A DNA stretch of 64,000 bases from assembly GCA_030390025.1 (NCBI GenBank), contig CM059425.1, positions 178,872,001 to 178,936,000 on the forward strand. The letters run 5' to 3'. Source of the DNA: Squalus acanthias (taxonomy: Eukaryota). The notes beneath the pieces were generated by a model that made no database searches, was not told the DNA's origin, and was given only the letters and a program-made list of their open reading frames with translations. Position numbers and translations under genes: made by a program. Shown here in pieces: positions 1-10,865 of the stretch; positions within the stretch are counted from its first letter, which is position 1, and each line of letters starts with the position of its first letter.

Positions 1-305
1 GGGGAATCCAGAACAAGGGGGCATAATCGTAAAATAGAGCTAGGCCATTCAGGAGTCAAATCAGGAAGCACTTTTCATACAAAGTGTAGTGGAAACCTGG
101 AATTCTTCCCTAAAAAACTGTAGATGCAGGATTAATTTAAATTTTTCAAGACTGAGATCAATAGATTTATGTTAGGAAAGCATATCAAGGGATATGCAAC
201 AAAGGTGAGTAAATGGAATTGAGGTACAAATCAGCCATGATCTCAATGAATGTCAGAACTGGCTCCAGGGGCTGAATGGTCTACTCTTGTTCTGATGTTC
301 ATGGT
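1..305 (+). mobile_element. CR1/HER1-type LINE 3' end, degraded and cut by the window start
   Basis: Matches the RT C-terminus and 3' UTR of other CR1 copies here (GGGGAATCCAGAACAAGGGG...AGGAAGCACTTTT...TCAGCCATGATCT...GAATGGTCTACTC). Confidence 0.8.
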
Positions 306-1460
306 TGTGAGTGCGGCTACTGGGTAAGGATAGGATTGAGTTTGACTGTGATGTCATTCATGATGTAATAGCCTACTGTCACTTCGGCCGCGATTTTACT
401 CACCTCGGTGGGTCTGTGGCGGGTGACGTCAGTAGTGGGTCCCGACCCCGCTGCTGTCTCCATCCCGGCCTCTAAAATGAATATCCCTTGATGGGGCTTG
501 TTAAGCCTGCCCAGCGCATTTCCCGGCAAATTAGAGGAAGCGGGTCTGGTGACATCATTTGATGACCTTACATCAGCCGGTTTCCTTAAAGGGACCATGG
601 CCAAATTTATTTTGACATTCGTGCTGTCAGTGTTATACAGCATTGAGGTGCTGCAAATACTGACAATGACTGCACAGAGGCGAAGTCTGCTATGGAGGGA
701 GTCACAGCACACTGGGAGGTCCTCTTCCCTTCCCTTGGGTGGAAGAGACCTCCCCAGGAGATCAACACAGCCTGGTTACACATTGCAGAGGAGGGCACAA
801 GCAGGGATGTGGTCAGGAGGACCTGGGTACAGTGCCACAAATGTTTCAATGATTTCAGTAGATCACAAAACTTTAGTACAAAGCCACACTCAACCTCACC
901 TGCTGTGTTACTCATCACATCCGCATCACTCTGCCTTCCCTACCCTACTCCTGCACATCTTTACTCAGACCAACTTATGTTGCACCTTCACCCATCCCTC
1001 TCTATCTACATTATCACTTCCCCATCTCACAAGTCACCCCTCACACTCACTCTCATCCTAGTGCAAGCATACCAACTAACAACACATAAGGGTAGGCACT
1101 TGGGTGTTTTATGCAATGTTCATGTCATAGAATCATACAGTCATAGAGTCATAGGGGGAAAAATTCAGTTGGTTGCGCCTCCCGTTAGCGCCTTAAGAGG
1201 GCGCTAATGGGGCGTTAAGGCGCTAACGCCCGGGCGCAGCGCTGTTTGCGCCGCTCGAGAACTTAACTTGAGATTGTGCGGCGGCGCTAAAACTTACCGC
1301 TGCGACCACCTGCGCGCGCAGATTGTGACGTCATTCCATGGTGCAACGCCCTTGGGGCACCCCGGAGCGGAAATTGAGTGGCGCCCCCTGCCTTACCGCC
1401 TGGCGCTTCCAACGACCGGAAGACTGGAACGTTATCAATCGGTGTGGGGCTGGGGGGGGC

Positions 1461-1470
1461 GCTATTTAAA
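1461..1470 (+). promoter_or_regulatory. Putative TATA-like box of the transposase gene
   Basis: GCTATTTAAA about 200 bp upstream of the ATG; also retained in the MITE (33216-33225, minus strand). Confidence 0.4.
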
Positions 1471-1665
1471 GGGGGCCTCTTCCTGTCTTTTTCTGTGGTC
1501 GACATTTATGCACCACTCGTTCTGAGAGAGAGAGAGAGATTCGGAGAGAGAGAGAGAGAGACTTCTACATTGACTCAACGCTTTGTGAGGTAGTTTGGCC
1601 TAGTTCATCCTAACTTTGCTGCTACTTTAGTTGCTGTACCTCATTACTTTTCTGGCAAAGAGAAT

Positions 1666-2826
1666 ATGGGGGCTGCAATGATTGGGGGCGTCGTCCTGCT
1701 CCAGCTCAATCGGAGGATAGTGAGACGCAGACAGAGAGTGGCAATGATGGCCAGACGGAGGAGGGCCATCAGGCGCATGTACAGGAGAGCTTACCCTCCC
1801 AGGGTATATCGTGAACAGCTCTCCTACATCCATATGTCCGAGGAGCTGTGTTTGCGAAGGCTGCGATTCAGCAAGGAGGTGGTCACTGAGCTCTGCCACC
1901 TGCTGCAGCCAGATCTGCAGCCTCAGCTGAGGTCCAGGACGTCTCTGTCGGTGGCAGTGAAGGTCACAGTGGCTTTGAACTTCTACGCCACTGGCTCATT
2001 CCAAGCTGCTGTTGGGGACCTCGCCAATATCTCCCAGTTTGCGGTGCATCGCTGCATCCGGCAGGTCACCAATGCCCTCTTCAGAAGGAGACGAGACTTC
2101 ATCTCCTTCCCTATGACCCCAGACAAGCAGCATGACCGTGCTATGGGCTTTGCGAGGGTAGCGGGCTTCCCCATGGTGCAGGGCGCCATTGACTGCACGC
2201 ATGTGGCTTTGCGTGCTCCGCGAGAGAATGCAGAGGAGTTCCGGAACAGAAAGGGGTTCCATTCCTTGAATGTGCAGTTGGTCTGTGACCACAGACAGGT
2301 GATTCTCGCTGTCAATGCCCACTATCCGGGCAGCTGCCACGATGCTTTCATCCTGCGCCAGAGTACTGTGGCAGAAATTTTCGAGGCACCGCATCAGCCA
2401 GTTGGTTGGCTTCTGGGGGACAAGGGGTACGCATTGAGCACCTGGCTGATGACACCGCTCCGTGCGCCAAACACCCCTGCTGAGCTGCGGTACCAGGAAA
2501 GCCAACAAGCAACCAGGAACATTATTGAGCGCACAATCGGCGTGCTGAAACAACGATTCCGCTGTCTGGACCATTCCGGAGGAGCCCTGCAGTACTCGCC
2601 TGAGCAAGTTTCGAAATTCGTAGTCGTGTGCTGCATGTTGCACAACATGGCAATCCTCAGGACGCAGCCAATGCCACCAGGCCTTGCAGCACCACAAGAG
2701 GAGGAGGAGGAAGAGGAGGAACAGGACGAGGACGATGATCAGCAGCAGCACCAAGGCAGGAGGGCGGCCCACAATGGTCAAACTGCAAGGGCCGTCCGTC
2801 AACGACTAATAGCAAGCCGCTTCTAG
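1666..2826 (+). CDS. Harbinger DDE transposase (HARBI1-like, DDE_Tnp_4 type), 386 aa, uninterrupted
   Basis: Motifs [56 protein letters not shown] and CCMLHN; HTH-like ALNFYATGSFQ region; acidic C-terminal tract. Confidence 0.95.
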   Translation: MGAAMIGGVVLLQLNRRIVRRRQRVAMMARRRRAIRRMYRRAYPPRVYREQLSYIHMSEELCLRRLRFSKEVVTELCHLLQPDLQPQLRSRTSLSVAVKVTVALNFYATGSFQAAVGDLANISQFAVHRCIRQVTNALFRRRRDFISFPMTPDKQHDRAMGFARVAGFPMVQGAIDCTHVALRAPRENAEEFRNRKGFHSLNVQLVCDHRQVILAVNAHYPGSCHDAFILRQSTVAEIFEAPHQPVGWLLGDKGYALSTWLMTPLRAPNTPAELRYQESQQATRNIIERTIGVLKQRFRCLDHSGGALQYSPEQVSKFVVVCCMLHNMAILRTQPMPPGLAAPQEEEEEEEEQDEDDDQQQHQGRRAAHNGQTARAVRQRLIASRF

Positions 2827-3120
2827 GGCCCCTGCCATTGCTACAAACACGAATCAACCCAGCACGCAACCCCTAAGCCGGCCAAGGCACCAATAATTCC
2901 AACCACCAGCCATGTATATTTTGAATACAGAAACTTATTTATTGTACAAACTCTGTGTGTGTCAATTCCTCATGACAAACTCATAGAAATAAACACAAAA
3001 AAACAGTCAATAACATAACTGGTTCTCACAACCTGGAGATAATGTCCAAAACACTAAACAAAAGTTGGGCCATGAACCTCGGCCTTTAATAAAAAAATGA
3101 CCAGCATTTTGGCACACCTC

Positions 3121-4890
3121 CTACATTTTGCCCTTCGAGGGTGATCTCCTTCCCTTGCGCACTTCCCCCCTTCTAACCCTACTGCTCCTCCGTAATGGGA
3201 CCTCAGTGGCTGCAGCAAGGCTGGTGGAAGGCTGCTGCTCGTCAGACCCTGACACTGCAGATGCCCCTGAAGGACGGCCTCGACCACTTCTGGGCCTGGA
3301 GGGCCCGGCTGCAGACTGCACCAACTCTGCATGGGCGGCAGCAGTCTGTCCTACAGGCGGTGGCAAGTGCAGTGGAGAAGTGACAGTGTTGGCAGCAGGA
3401 ATGCTGTCATCGTGAGAGAGGACAGCAACTCCCTGCTCGCCCGACACACTGGCACTCCCACGGGGCAGCACTTCAGCATCCGGAGCAATTTGCCGGAGAA
3501 CAGATTGCTGGCCTGCTGCGGCGCGGTGACAGCCCCGGGGACATGTGCACGAACCATCGAGGATGGCAGCAGTCAGTGCTCGCGTGGCCTCAATCTGAGT
3601 CTGCATGAGAGCAGTCTCAGATGGGTTCCTGGCAGCCAGTGACTGAATTGCAGCAGTAAGCTTTAGTGTGGCATCCGCCTGTGCTACAGCGAAGTGCTCC
3701 ACACTCCTTGCCAGTGCCTCAATGCATTCGGGCACCCTTCCCACTGCACCCATGAGCTCAGTGTGCATGCCCACCGCCTGGCTGTTCATTTCTGCAATCA
3801 GCCGCTCCTCCTCTGCGTCCATTGCAGTAGGAGTGTCTGGCATACTCTCCCTCTGGGGAGAAGGCTCCCGTTCTTCCCTCCCCCCCCCCATGGCGTTGCT
3901 GCAGCCCGCTGGGTCCTGGAGCTTCACCATCATCAGCCCCTTCCCCCCTGCTCCCCTCCGGGGAAGGCGTGTTCCCAGTGTGGCCATGGGCTTCCTCGGG
4001 AGAGGGTGGCACTGATGCTCCGGCTTCCTCTTCCTCCTCAGCTGCAGCATCACTCCCAGTGGCAGCTTCAGGGACCATCTCCTCAGCTGGTGAATCACCA
4101 TCTGAAAGCAGGGAGGTACAAGAGTGGCTTTAGCGTGAGGACAGGGTGGCAGTAAGGGAGGAATAAGTGCAGCGAGTTAGCAAGTTGGATTGAAAGTGTC
4201 AAAGGCTGGTATTGTGAGGGACAAGTGGAAGGACAGAGGACAAAAAGGTGATGACCTTACCATTGCTGTCCACAACGGGGTCGGCGTCCCCAGTGGCGAC
4301 GGGACCGATCACCCGGCTTGCCACAATCCTGTGGACGCGCTCCTCCAGATCGCTGAGGGGTTGCAGCTGAAGCCGCCCTCCACCCGTCCGTTGCTGCTGT
4401 CTCCGATTATGAGCCAGCTTAGCCTGCAAGAAAAAGGACAGCATCTGAGTAAATATACAGCCATGGTCTTGCCTGATGTGCCTCCCATAGGTGAATAGCC
4501 CTTACTGTATGCAAAGTGTGGAATGTGTGTGTGTGTTTGATGAAAGGGCCATAGGTGTTGCATGAGTGTTGTGCATTGGGGTTTTAAGACCCTCTGGCCA
4601 TATAGTGAGGTTGAGATGGAGGGATGGAGAGGTATTGAGAAAAAGCCACTCACCCTGACGACCCGAGTGAGGTCGTTGAATTTTTTGCGGCACTGAACAT
4701 GGGTCCTGGGCACCATGCTCCTGGAGGAGACGCTCTGAGCCACCTCCCTCCACACTCTTCTGAACTCGCGTGGCAAAGGCCTCCTGCCACTCTCCGGGAA
4801 CAGCATGCATCGTCTGCGCTCCACTGCGCCAACCAGAGCATCCAAGGCCCGCTCGGTGAAGCGATGAGCGCGTTCTCTCACCCTCTCCAT
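3121..4890 (-). CDS. Harbinger Myb/SANT-like (trihelix) partner protein; exons 4890-4654, 4423-4261, 4101-3121; +1 frameshift in G10 at 3880-3889
   Basis: Exon 1 MERVRERAHRFTERALDALV...WREVAQSV...QCRKKFNDL ends at GTGAGT (phase 0). Exon 2 begins after TTGCAG (AKLAHNRRQQQRTGGG) and ends at GTAAGG (phase 1). Exon 3 begins after TTTCAG. Removing one G gives a 459-aa protein ending RRSSRVRRGEVRKGRRSPSKGKM*. Confidence 0.85.
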
Positions 4891-6588
4891 GCTTGGCAGC
4901 AAAATGGATTACAGGTCTCTCCAGGCTGAGATTCAAGGCTGCAATGAGCAGGGTGTGGCTGGGGAGCAAGTGGCCCCCCCCGCTTTAAGAAGTGTCCGGC
5001 GCCAGTGTGTCTGTGTTCCCTCGCTAACTGGCAGCAGCTGCGCTGCGCTCGTGCGCTGAGGTAGCGCCTCACTCCTAGGCCTTTGCGCCTTAAGAGAGGT
5101 GTGCAGCGCCTAATTTAGCGCTCCACTCACCTCCCGGGGCGGTAAAAGTGAAGTTTCCTGTCAGTGCCGATAATTAGCGCCAGGCGCTAATATTTGCGCT
5201 CGGACGATATTTGCGCCCCAAATGGGGCGCGACCTAATTTCTACCCCATAGAGTTATACAGCACAGAAAGAGGCCCTTCGGCCCATCATGTCTGCGCCGG
5301 CCATCAAGCCCTGTCTATTCTAATCTCATTTTCCAGCACTTGGTTCATAGCCTTGTATGCTATGGCGTTTCAAGTGCTCATCTAAATGCTTCTTGAATGT
5401 TGTGAGGGTTCCTGCCTCTACCACCCTTTCAGGCAGTGAGTTCCAGATTCCAACCACCCTCTGGGTGAAAAAGTTTTTCCTCAAATCCCCTCTAAAATGT
5501 AAAGTTTCTGTTAATGTGGTGTCAATCATTGAAACCTTTATTTTCAACACTTTGCGTTCTTGAAGAGATTTGTGTGCACCTTTGGAAGTGGCTTAGTGAG
5601 TTGCAGTGAATGGTGAGACATAACAGTACCCCCCGCAATGCTGATGAATTTGAAAGGAATGGCTTGGGCATTGTAGGGTTGCTTTATGGTGTTGGTGTGG
5701 GGTGGTGCCAACCTGGCGCATCATGTGGCAGCTAGGGTGTACAGCATCAAGTGAAGTAAATCTGGCCATGGTGAGGCCATCCCTGGCCTCCCAGGCAGCA
5801 ATGTGGTCAGGTGCTAATGTCCTCTGTCCTGTGCAGCACCAGCTGATTGTGGAGAAGGTTGGTGTTGTTGTTGGTGCTGCTGGTGTGCCTGGTGCTGCTG
5901 GTGTTGGGGCTGATCGTGGTGGGATTTTGAGGACCAAGGTGAGAGTATAAAGTGCACCGATGCTGATGGAATAGATGGCAGGTGAAGTAGAGATGACAGA
6001 AGCGATCTGTCAATGGTGGGAGAGGTAATGAGGTCAGACTGGATGGAGACTTGTGTAAAGACTTGCAGCATGCTGAATCTGTAAGGTGGGAGCTTTTACT
6101 GTACATTTGAAGCTGTCAACTCATCAGCTGATTCAATGGCCACTGATCTCCTGCCTCAGCTTCACAGACGAGGTCTAGGCACAGCGGGAAACCGGTAGGC
6201 GACCTGTCAAATCAAAAAAGCTGGGAAAAAACTGTGGATAAGTGACTGTAAACAAGCAACTAATGATTTTAATTGCCTCCCCCGCCACTGCCTGTCGGTC
6301 TGCTCAGTGCTAACAGATCCGACATCAGGAACGTCCAGTGTGAACGTTTTGACAGCGGGTTCCTGACCCGCCTTCATGTCTAAACTCACAAATGAAGAAT
6401 GCCCTCTTGAGTGCGTTACTGGAAGGTTTGTAGTGTCTATAAAACTGTACCCAACCATCAGCCACCAGAAAACGGGGGAAGTTAGAGGAGGAGAGAGAAA
6501 TTTAAAAAAAATACAGACAGTAGCTACTGTATAGCTTCAATCAAAAATGCTATATTTAGGAAATATATATTTTCTGCCATATTATTGT

Positions 6589-7023
6589 GTGTCAGCCTCG
6601 TCTCTGAGTCAGAAGATTGTGGGTTCAAGTCCCACTCCAGAGACATGAGTGCAAAAATCTAGGCTGACACTCCAGTGCAGTACTGTGGGAGTGCACTGTT
6701 GGAGGTGCCATCTTTCGGATGAGACATTAAACTGAGGTCTGCCCTCTCAGCTGGGCATAAAAGATCCTATGGTACTATTTTGAAGAAGAGCAGGGGCGTT
6801 ATCCCCGGTGTCCTCACCAATATTTATCCCTCAACCAACATGACTAAAGAACCTGGTCATTATCACATTGCTGTTAGTGGGACCTTGCTGTGTGCAAATT
6901 GGCTGCCACATTTGCTACATTACAACATGGCTACACTTCAAAAAGTACTTCATTGGCTGTAAAGCGCTTTGGGTCATCCGGTTGTCATGAAAAGCGCTAT
7001 ATAAATGCAAGTCTTTCTTTCTT
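6589..7023 (+). mobile_element. Deu-domain SINE (SacSINE1/AmnSINE1-like)
   Basis: tRNA-like head with B box (GGGTTCAAGTCCC), Deu core (GGAGGTGCCATCTTTCGGATGAGAC...AATATTTATCCCTCAACCAAC), L2-type tail AAAGCGCTATATAAATGCAAG(TCTT)n. Confidence 0.85.
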
Positions 7024-8263
7024 ATTAATTATTTCCCTTCTAAAATATGCGAGGTGATAAATTCCCTTATTAGTCCTTGCTCCACTCCACTCCATATTCT
7101 TGACAATCTTTCACATGTAAGATGACAGAAAGCATCAAAAAGAAGAGAGTACAATGAAACTGTTGGATAGAGTAAACACTGTTTTAGGATGCTGAGTTAC
7201 GGTTTCAATGTATATTGGCTCCCTTTCTATCTTGAGCAACTATTTAAATCAACAATTTTGCTTTTCCTCTATCTCTATATGAATGTCAGCTAAACCCTAG
7301 CATGAATATTAGAATCTCTAAATGTCCATTTGATATATTTTAGGTCATCGCTCTAGTTGAGTAATTGATTAATTCACTCAAATGCAGATGAAGGTGCCAT
7401 GATGGAAAATGTGAAAGGCATTCCAACAATGACACTTGCTTGTGGCCCTGTGAATTATGTAAAGTTCCTCTACCATTTGCACTGTTGGAGGTACTGTCTT
7501 TCTAACTTAGACCTCTGAAAAAAAAGTAGCAGAGTTCCAATTGATTTCAAAGTCATTGATTATTTGAAAAATGTTCTAGTTCATACATGATTTGAAAACA
7601 GATATTAAAATAGTCCTAGCAACTTTGAACCTCACAATATATAACCTGATCACAAAGAAAAGCTATTTCAGTCTTTTGCAATGCAGAGCATACACTTAAT
7701 TCCAAGCTCCACCCCGTCAAGCATAATTAACTTCTTCTGATGAGAAACAAGCTAGGAGGACAGAATGCCTATAGTTTACCCATTGGGTATCCACTCCTTC
7801 ATCCTGCCCTCTAATTATTATCATATGTTCACATAATTATAGGGATAAGCTGGAGAACTTTCTAACTCAGCAGCCTTCTCATGAAAACAAAAGTTCAATA
7901 AAGGTGGCAATACTCCACATCATAAACCTTGTGACAGATTCTTTTGGATGGAGGTAGGTGTTAGGTGAATAAACATATTACAGATTTTTGCAAATATTTA
8001 ATCTGTAGTGTTGCATCAGAATCTGTACATTCCAGATTTTACCAGTATCAGATCAAAGCATCTGAGTGGGCCTGTGACAGAATGGGTCAACATGTCTTTC
8101 AGTAGTTCCACGTGGACTAAATGCTGCTCGATGTATAAGGTCACTTTAACAAGTCCATACGTTCTTGTTTTGTAAGTAACAAAAACAAAAACAGATTTTA
8201 CTAAAAAGTGCACAGATCAGTTCCCAAAATAAACTTGCCTGATTGAAACAGGACAACTACTGA

Positions 8264-9108
8264 AAATAAATAAGTGGAAATTGCATTGTCAAAATCAAAC
8301 ATCCTGAAGAGAATAGCTATCCGTGGCCTTTTGACAAGTGAAGTCAATTCATTTCTGGGAAGAGTTCAGTCGTCCTTGCAGCTCGACATTTTTCTGCTCT
8401 TCTGAAAGTAATAATTTTCTCCTCTGAAGCTGTTTTTCATAATTTTGCCTTATTGCAGCTTTTTTTGGTCCATTCATCTTGTATCTTTTTCATCTTTCAT
8501 CCCAAACCATTTGCTCCACACATTATCACTAACTATCACTATTTGGTAAAATTGCTAGTGTGCTTTATATGAATAAATCAACATTTTTATTTTCGTTTTT
8601 ATTTTTAGTGCCCAGCTGCTTTACATTGAAACTCTTTTAAAATAACATCTAGTTTACCATTGCAAAACTTTCCTATGTTAGTAGTTTCATTACATCAGTA
8701 GCCAATTGATTCAGTAAAGGACATGACAGACATCACATTGCTGCAAGACAGAGAAGACAAAATTGGTTCAGCATTTACAGGGCAACTTGTCACTCCAGGC
8801 AGCTGAAGAAAAGAGCAAATTAGAGGAAGAATTACAGGCTGCAGAAAATCAAATGAATGGATTGTCACAAAGACTTGATGAATGGACAAAAATAAACTGC
8901 AATAGAAGGCAAACTGATGAAAAACAACTTGAGAGAAGAAAATTAAGTTTTGCAGAAGAGCCGCAAAGACATAGAAATGCAAGCATGAATAAATTCTCCC
9001 CAGAAATGACTTGACTTGGCATCTAGTGTCGGATGATAGATATAGTCATGGACAGCTATTCTCTTCCAGATATTTAGTTTTGACGATGTCATTGCCATTT
9101 ATCTATTC
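8264..9108. repeat. Diverged inverted repeat pair (8264-8478 and 8877-9108)
   Basis: The reverse complement of 8264-8478 aligns to 8877-9108 through collinear blocks GATGAATGGAC, ATGAAAAACA, GAAAATTA, CAGAAGAGC, CCCAGAAATGA.TTGACTT and AGCTATTCTCTTC. Confidence 0.75.
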
Positions 9109-10002
9109 TATGAAATCTTCCATTAGCAGTTGCTACCAAGACTGAACTCTTCAAAAAAGTCCAATTAGGAACTTCAGTCAGTGAACAAACATGAATAGAC
9201 TGCATGGCATGTCTACGTCTTTCGTGGACCACTTCACTTTTGCTTCATTTATCTCACCTTTTTCATTGAACTGGCACAACTATACTTCCTAACTTCAAGT
9301 GAATTTGACTTGTCCTAGTTTATGCCACTTTCTCTCAGCAGGGATTTTACCTCAAAGCACATGTTTTGAAAGTGATCCCCTTAGCTCCTTGCCAGAAGTG
9401 GGAGGGATCAAGAGGAGAGAGGAAAGAGAGATATTCAATGCAAAGAATTGAACTCCATCTTTGCTTTCCAGGGCTCTTCTTTCCATTCTTGTTTTCAGTT
9501 TTTTCCCTCCTTAATCCACAATGCCTCTTACTCCAAGCTTTATTCCCCAATGCGTTTCTGTTCTCCAGGCATTCCACCAATTCCCACCTTCTAGATCTGT
9601 CCTTCCCATCTCTCATCCACTCTCCAGGTATTTCTCTCTCATCCTTCATCCCAAGCCACTTTTTCCAGTCTTTGCATGCTGCGACTTTTCTTCTCATCTG
9701 CCTCTCTGTATATGAGAAAGGTCCATTTAAAACTATAGAAGGTAGAAATGTCCTATTTTGCTTCATATAAACAAAACCATTTTTCAACTGGTCCCGGTTC
9801 CTAAGTGGCTAAGAAACTTCCTCTACCAATAGAATGGCTCTACTTTTTCTTGACTTGGAACAGGGATTTGGAAGTGAAAAGAAAAATGAAAATGGGAGGG
9901 TAAAACTTGAAGGAACATCTGAAGCTGAGACCAGGGAATGAAAATGTAGAGGTATGGAGAGCAAGGACTGAAAGAAATAAAATTTATACAGGAAAACATA
10001 TT

Positions 10003-10241
10003 AGGCAGATTTGACACATTCCTGCATCTGGGGTCATGGGATTGCTTGAGTGCAGCAATTACAGGCAAATCTGGCGTGGAAGACTATGGACCTATATGTA
10101 AACCCGTCGGATTTTCCATTTAAACTAATAGACGGAAAATCAGACATGGAGGCGTGCACTGCTCCCCCATCTAATTTGTCTGTGTTTGCTGTGCCCAGGT
10201 GATCCAGCAGTTTCAGGTGCAGAAACAGGAAAATCTGTCCT
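10003..10241. mobile_element. Old foldback MITE-like element
   Basis: Imperfect inverted repeat over its whole length: GGCAGATTT...AAATCTGTCC ends and centre GTCGGATTTTCC...GGAAAATCAGAC. Confidence 0.55.
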
Positions 10242-10491
10242 ATAAAAACATTATCCCTTAAGTGAGGGAGGGAAACAGGGGAAATGATTCAGAAAACCAA
10301 CTCCTATGGGTGCACAGCCCAAACTCATACCAATTTGAAACAAATCCCAGGAGGACTAACATTTCATATCGAGATTGGGATATGCAGTTTGGCAGGGTTT
10401 ACTTGCCAGCTTTACACCAGAGTACAATCCATGCCAGAATCACTCTGATCCAAACTTGACAATATAACACGTATATTCATTATTAACCAAA

Positions 10492-10865
10492 TGGCTCGCA
10501 CAATGACTCCATGTGGTGTGGTCCTAACCTCTACAGATAGGGCAGGTTCCAAATTCAATCCTTGGTTTATGCTGAGTTCGCCAGGGAAGCACTGAGAACA
10601 CTAAAATTGTCCTTGGCTAGGAAGAGAAAAAATCAATTTGGAGCCCCATATCTGACCGCTATTTAGTGAATTCTGATGGAAAGAGTACGTGTTTGGATAT
10701 TGGGTAATGACAAGATCATGCTTGGTACTAATGCTCCCCACAATTGAATAGCCTGCCTACACACACTACCCTAGGAAGATTTGGTTGAGGTACCGAGCGT
10801 GCCATTGTGCTTGGAACTGTACTCCAGCATGAGTCACTGCCTTCGGGCAAGGTAGGGAGAAAAAT
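10492..10865 (+). mobile_element. Ancient SINE-like repeat, unnamed; related pieces at ~306-383 plus ~6386-6500, ~24950-25285 (-), ~42800-42915 and ~60455-60810 (-)
   Basis: Shared blocks GGATATTGGGTAATGACAAGATC...GAATAGCCTGCC and GGAACTGTACTCCAGCATGAGTCAC. The head is degraded. Confidence 0.45.

Larger units (their letters stand above)
1154..5247 (+). mobile_element. Autonomous-type PIF/Harbinger DNA transposon, near-intact (4094 bp)
   Basis: TIRs GGGGGAAAAATTCAGT and reverse complement GGGGTAGAAATTAGGT (12/16 match). 3-bp TSD ATA at 1151-1153 and 5248-5250. Carries convergent transposase and Myb-like genes. Confidence 0.95.
1126..5496 (-). mobile_element. 5'-truncated CR1 3' fragment (1126-1153 plus 5248-5496), interrupted in its tail repeat by the Harbinger
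   Basis: CATAGAATCA/CATAGAGT tail repeats on both sides of the Harbinger. ORF 5326-5550 encodes the CR1 RT C-terminus (RKNFFTQRVVGIWNSLP). ATGT flanks both ends. Confidence 0.8.
385..6385 (+). mobile_element. Decayed non-autonomous Harbinger derivative (385-1125 plus 5497-~6385), split by a CR1 fragment and the autonomous Harbinger
   Basis: Begins GGCCGCGATTTT. Myb-like exon remnant on + (AWLHIAEEGTSRDVVRRTWVQCHKCFNDFSR) and Q/H-rich transposase N-terminal remnant on -. Collinear with the inverted copy at 57291-58627, which is continuous across the insertion point. The right boundary is approximate. Confidence 0.75.

Noticed and set aside
1996..2802. 268-aa antisense ORF
   Set aside because: Shadow frame of the GC-rich transposase with no recognisable motif.
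1666..2826. Domesticated host gene HARBI1
   Set aside because: It lies within TIRs and a TSD next to a Myb partner, so it is a transposon-borne transposase.
3121..4101. Standalone 326-aa gene starting MVIHQ
   Set aside because: The ATG sits exactly at the splice acceptor, and intron phase puts the start of exon 3 in another frame. Only the part after the G10 run fits the Myb gene.
9347..9787. Opposite-strand ORFs of 146 and 134 aa
   Set aside because: Purine/pyrimidine-biased sequence with no domain or splice support.
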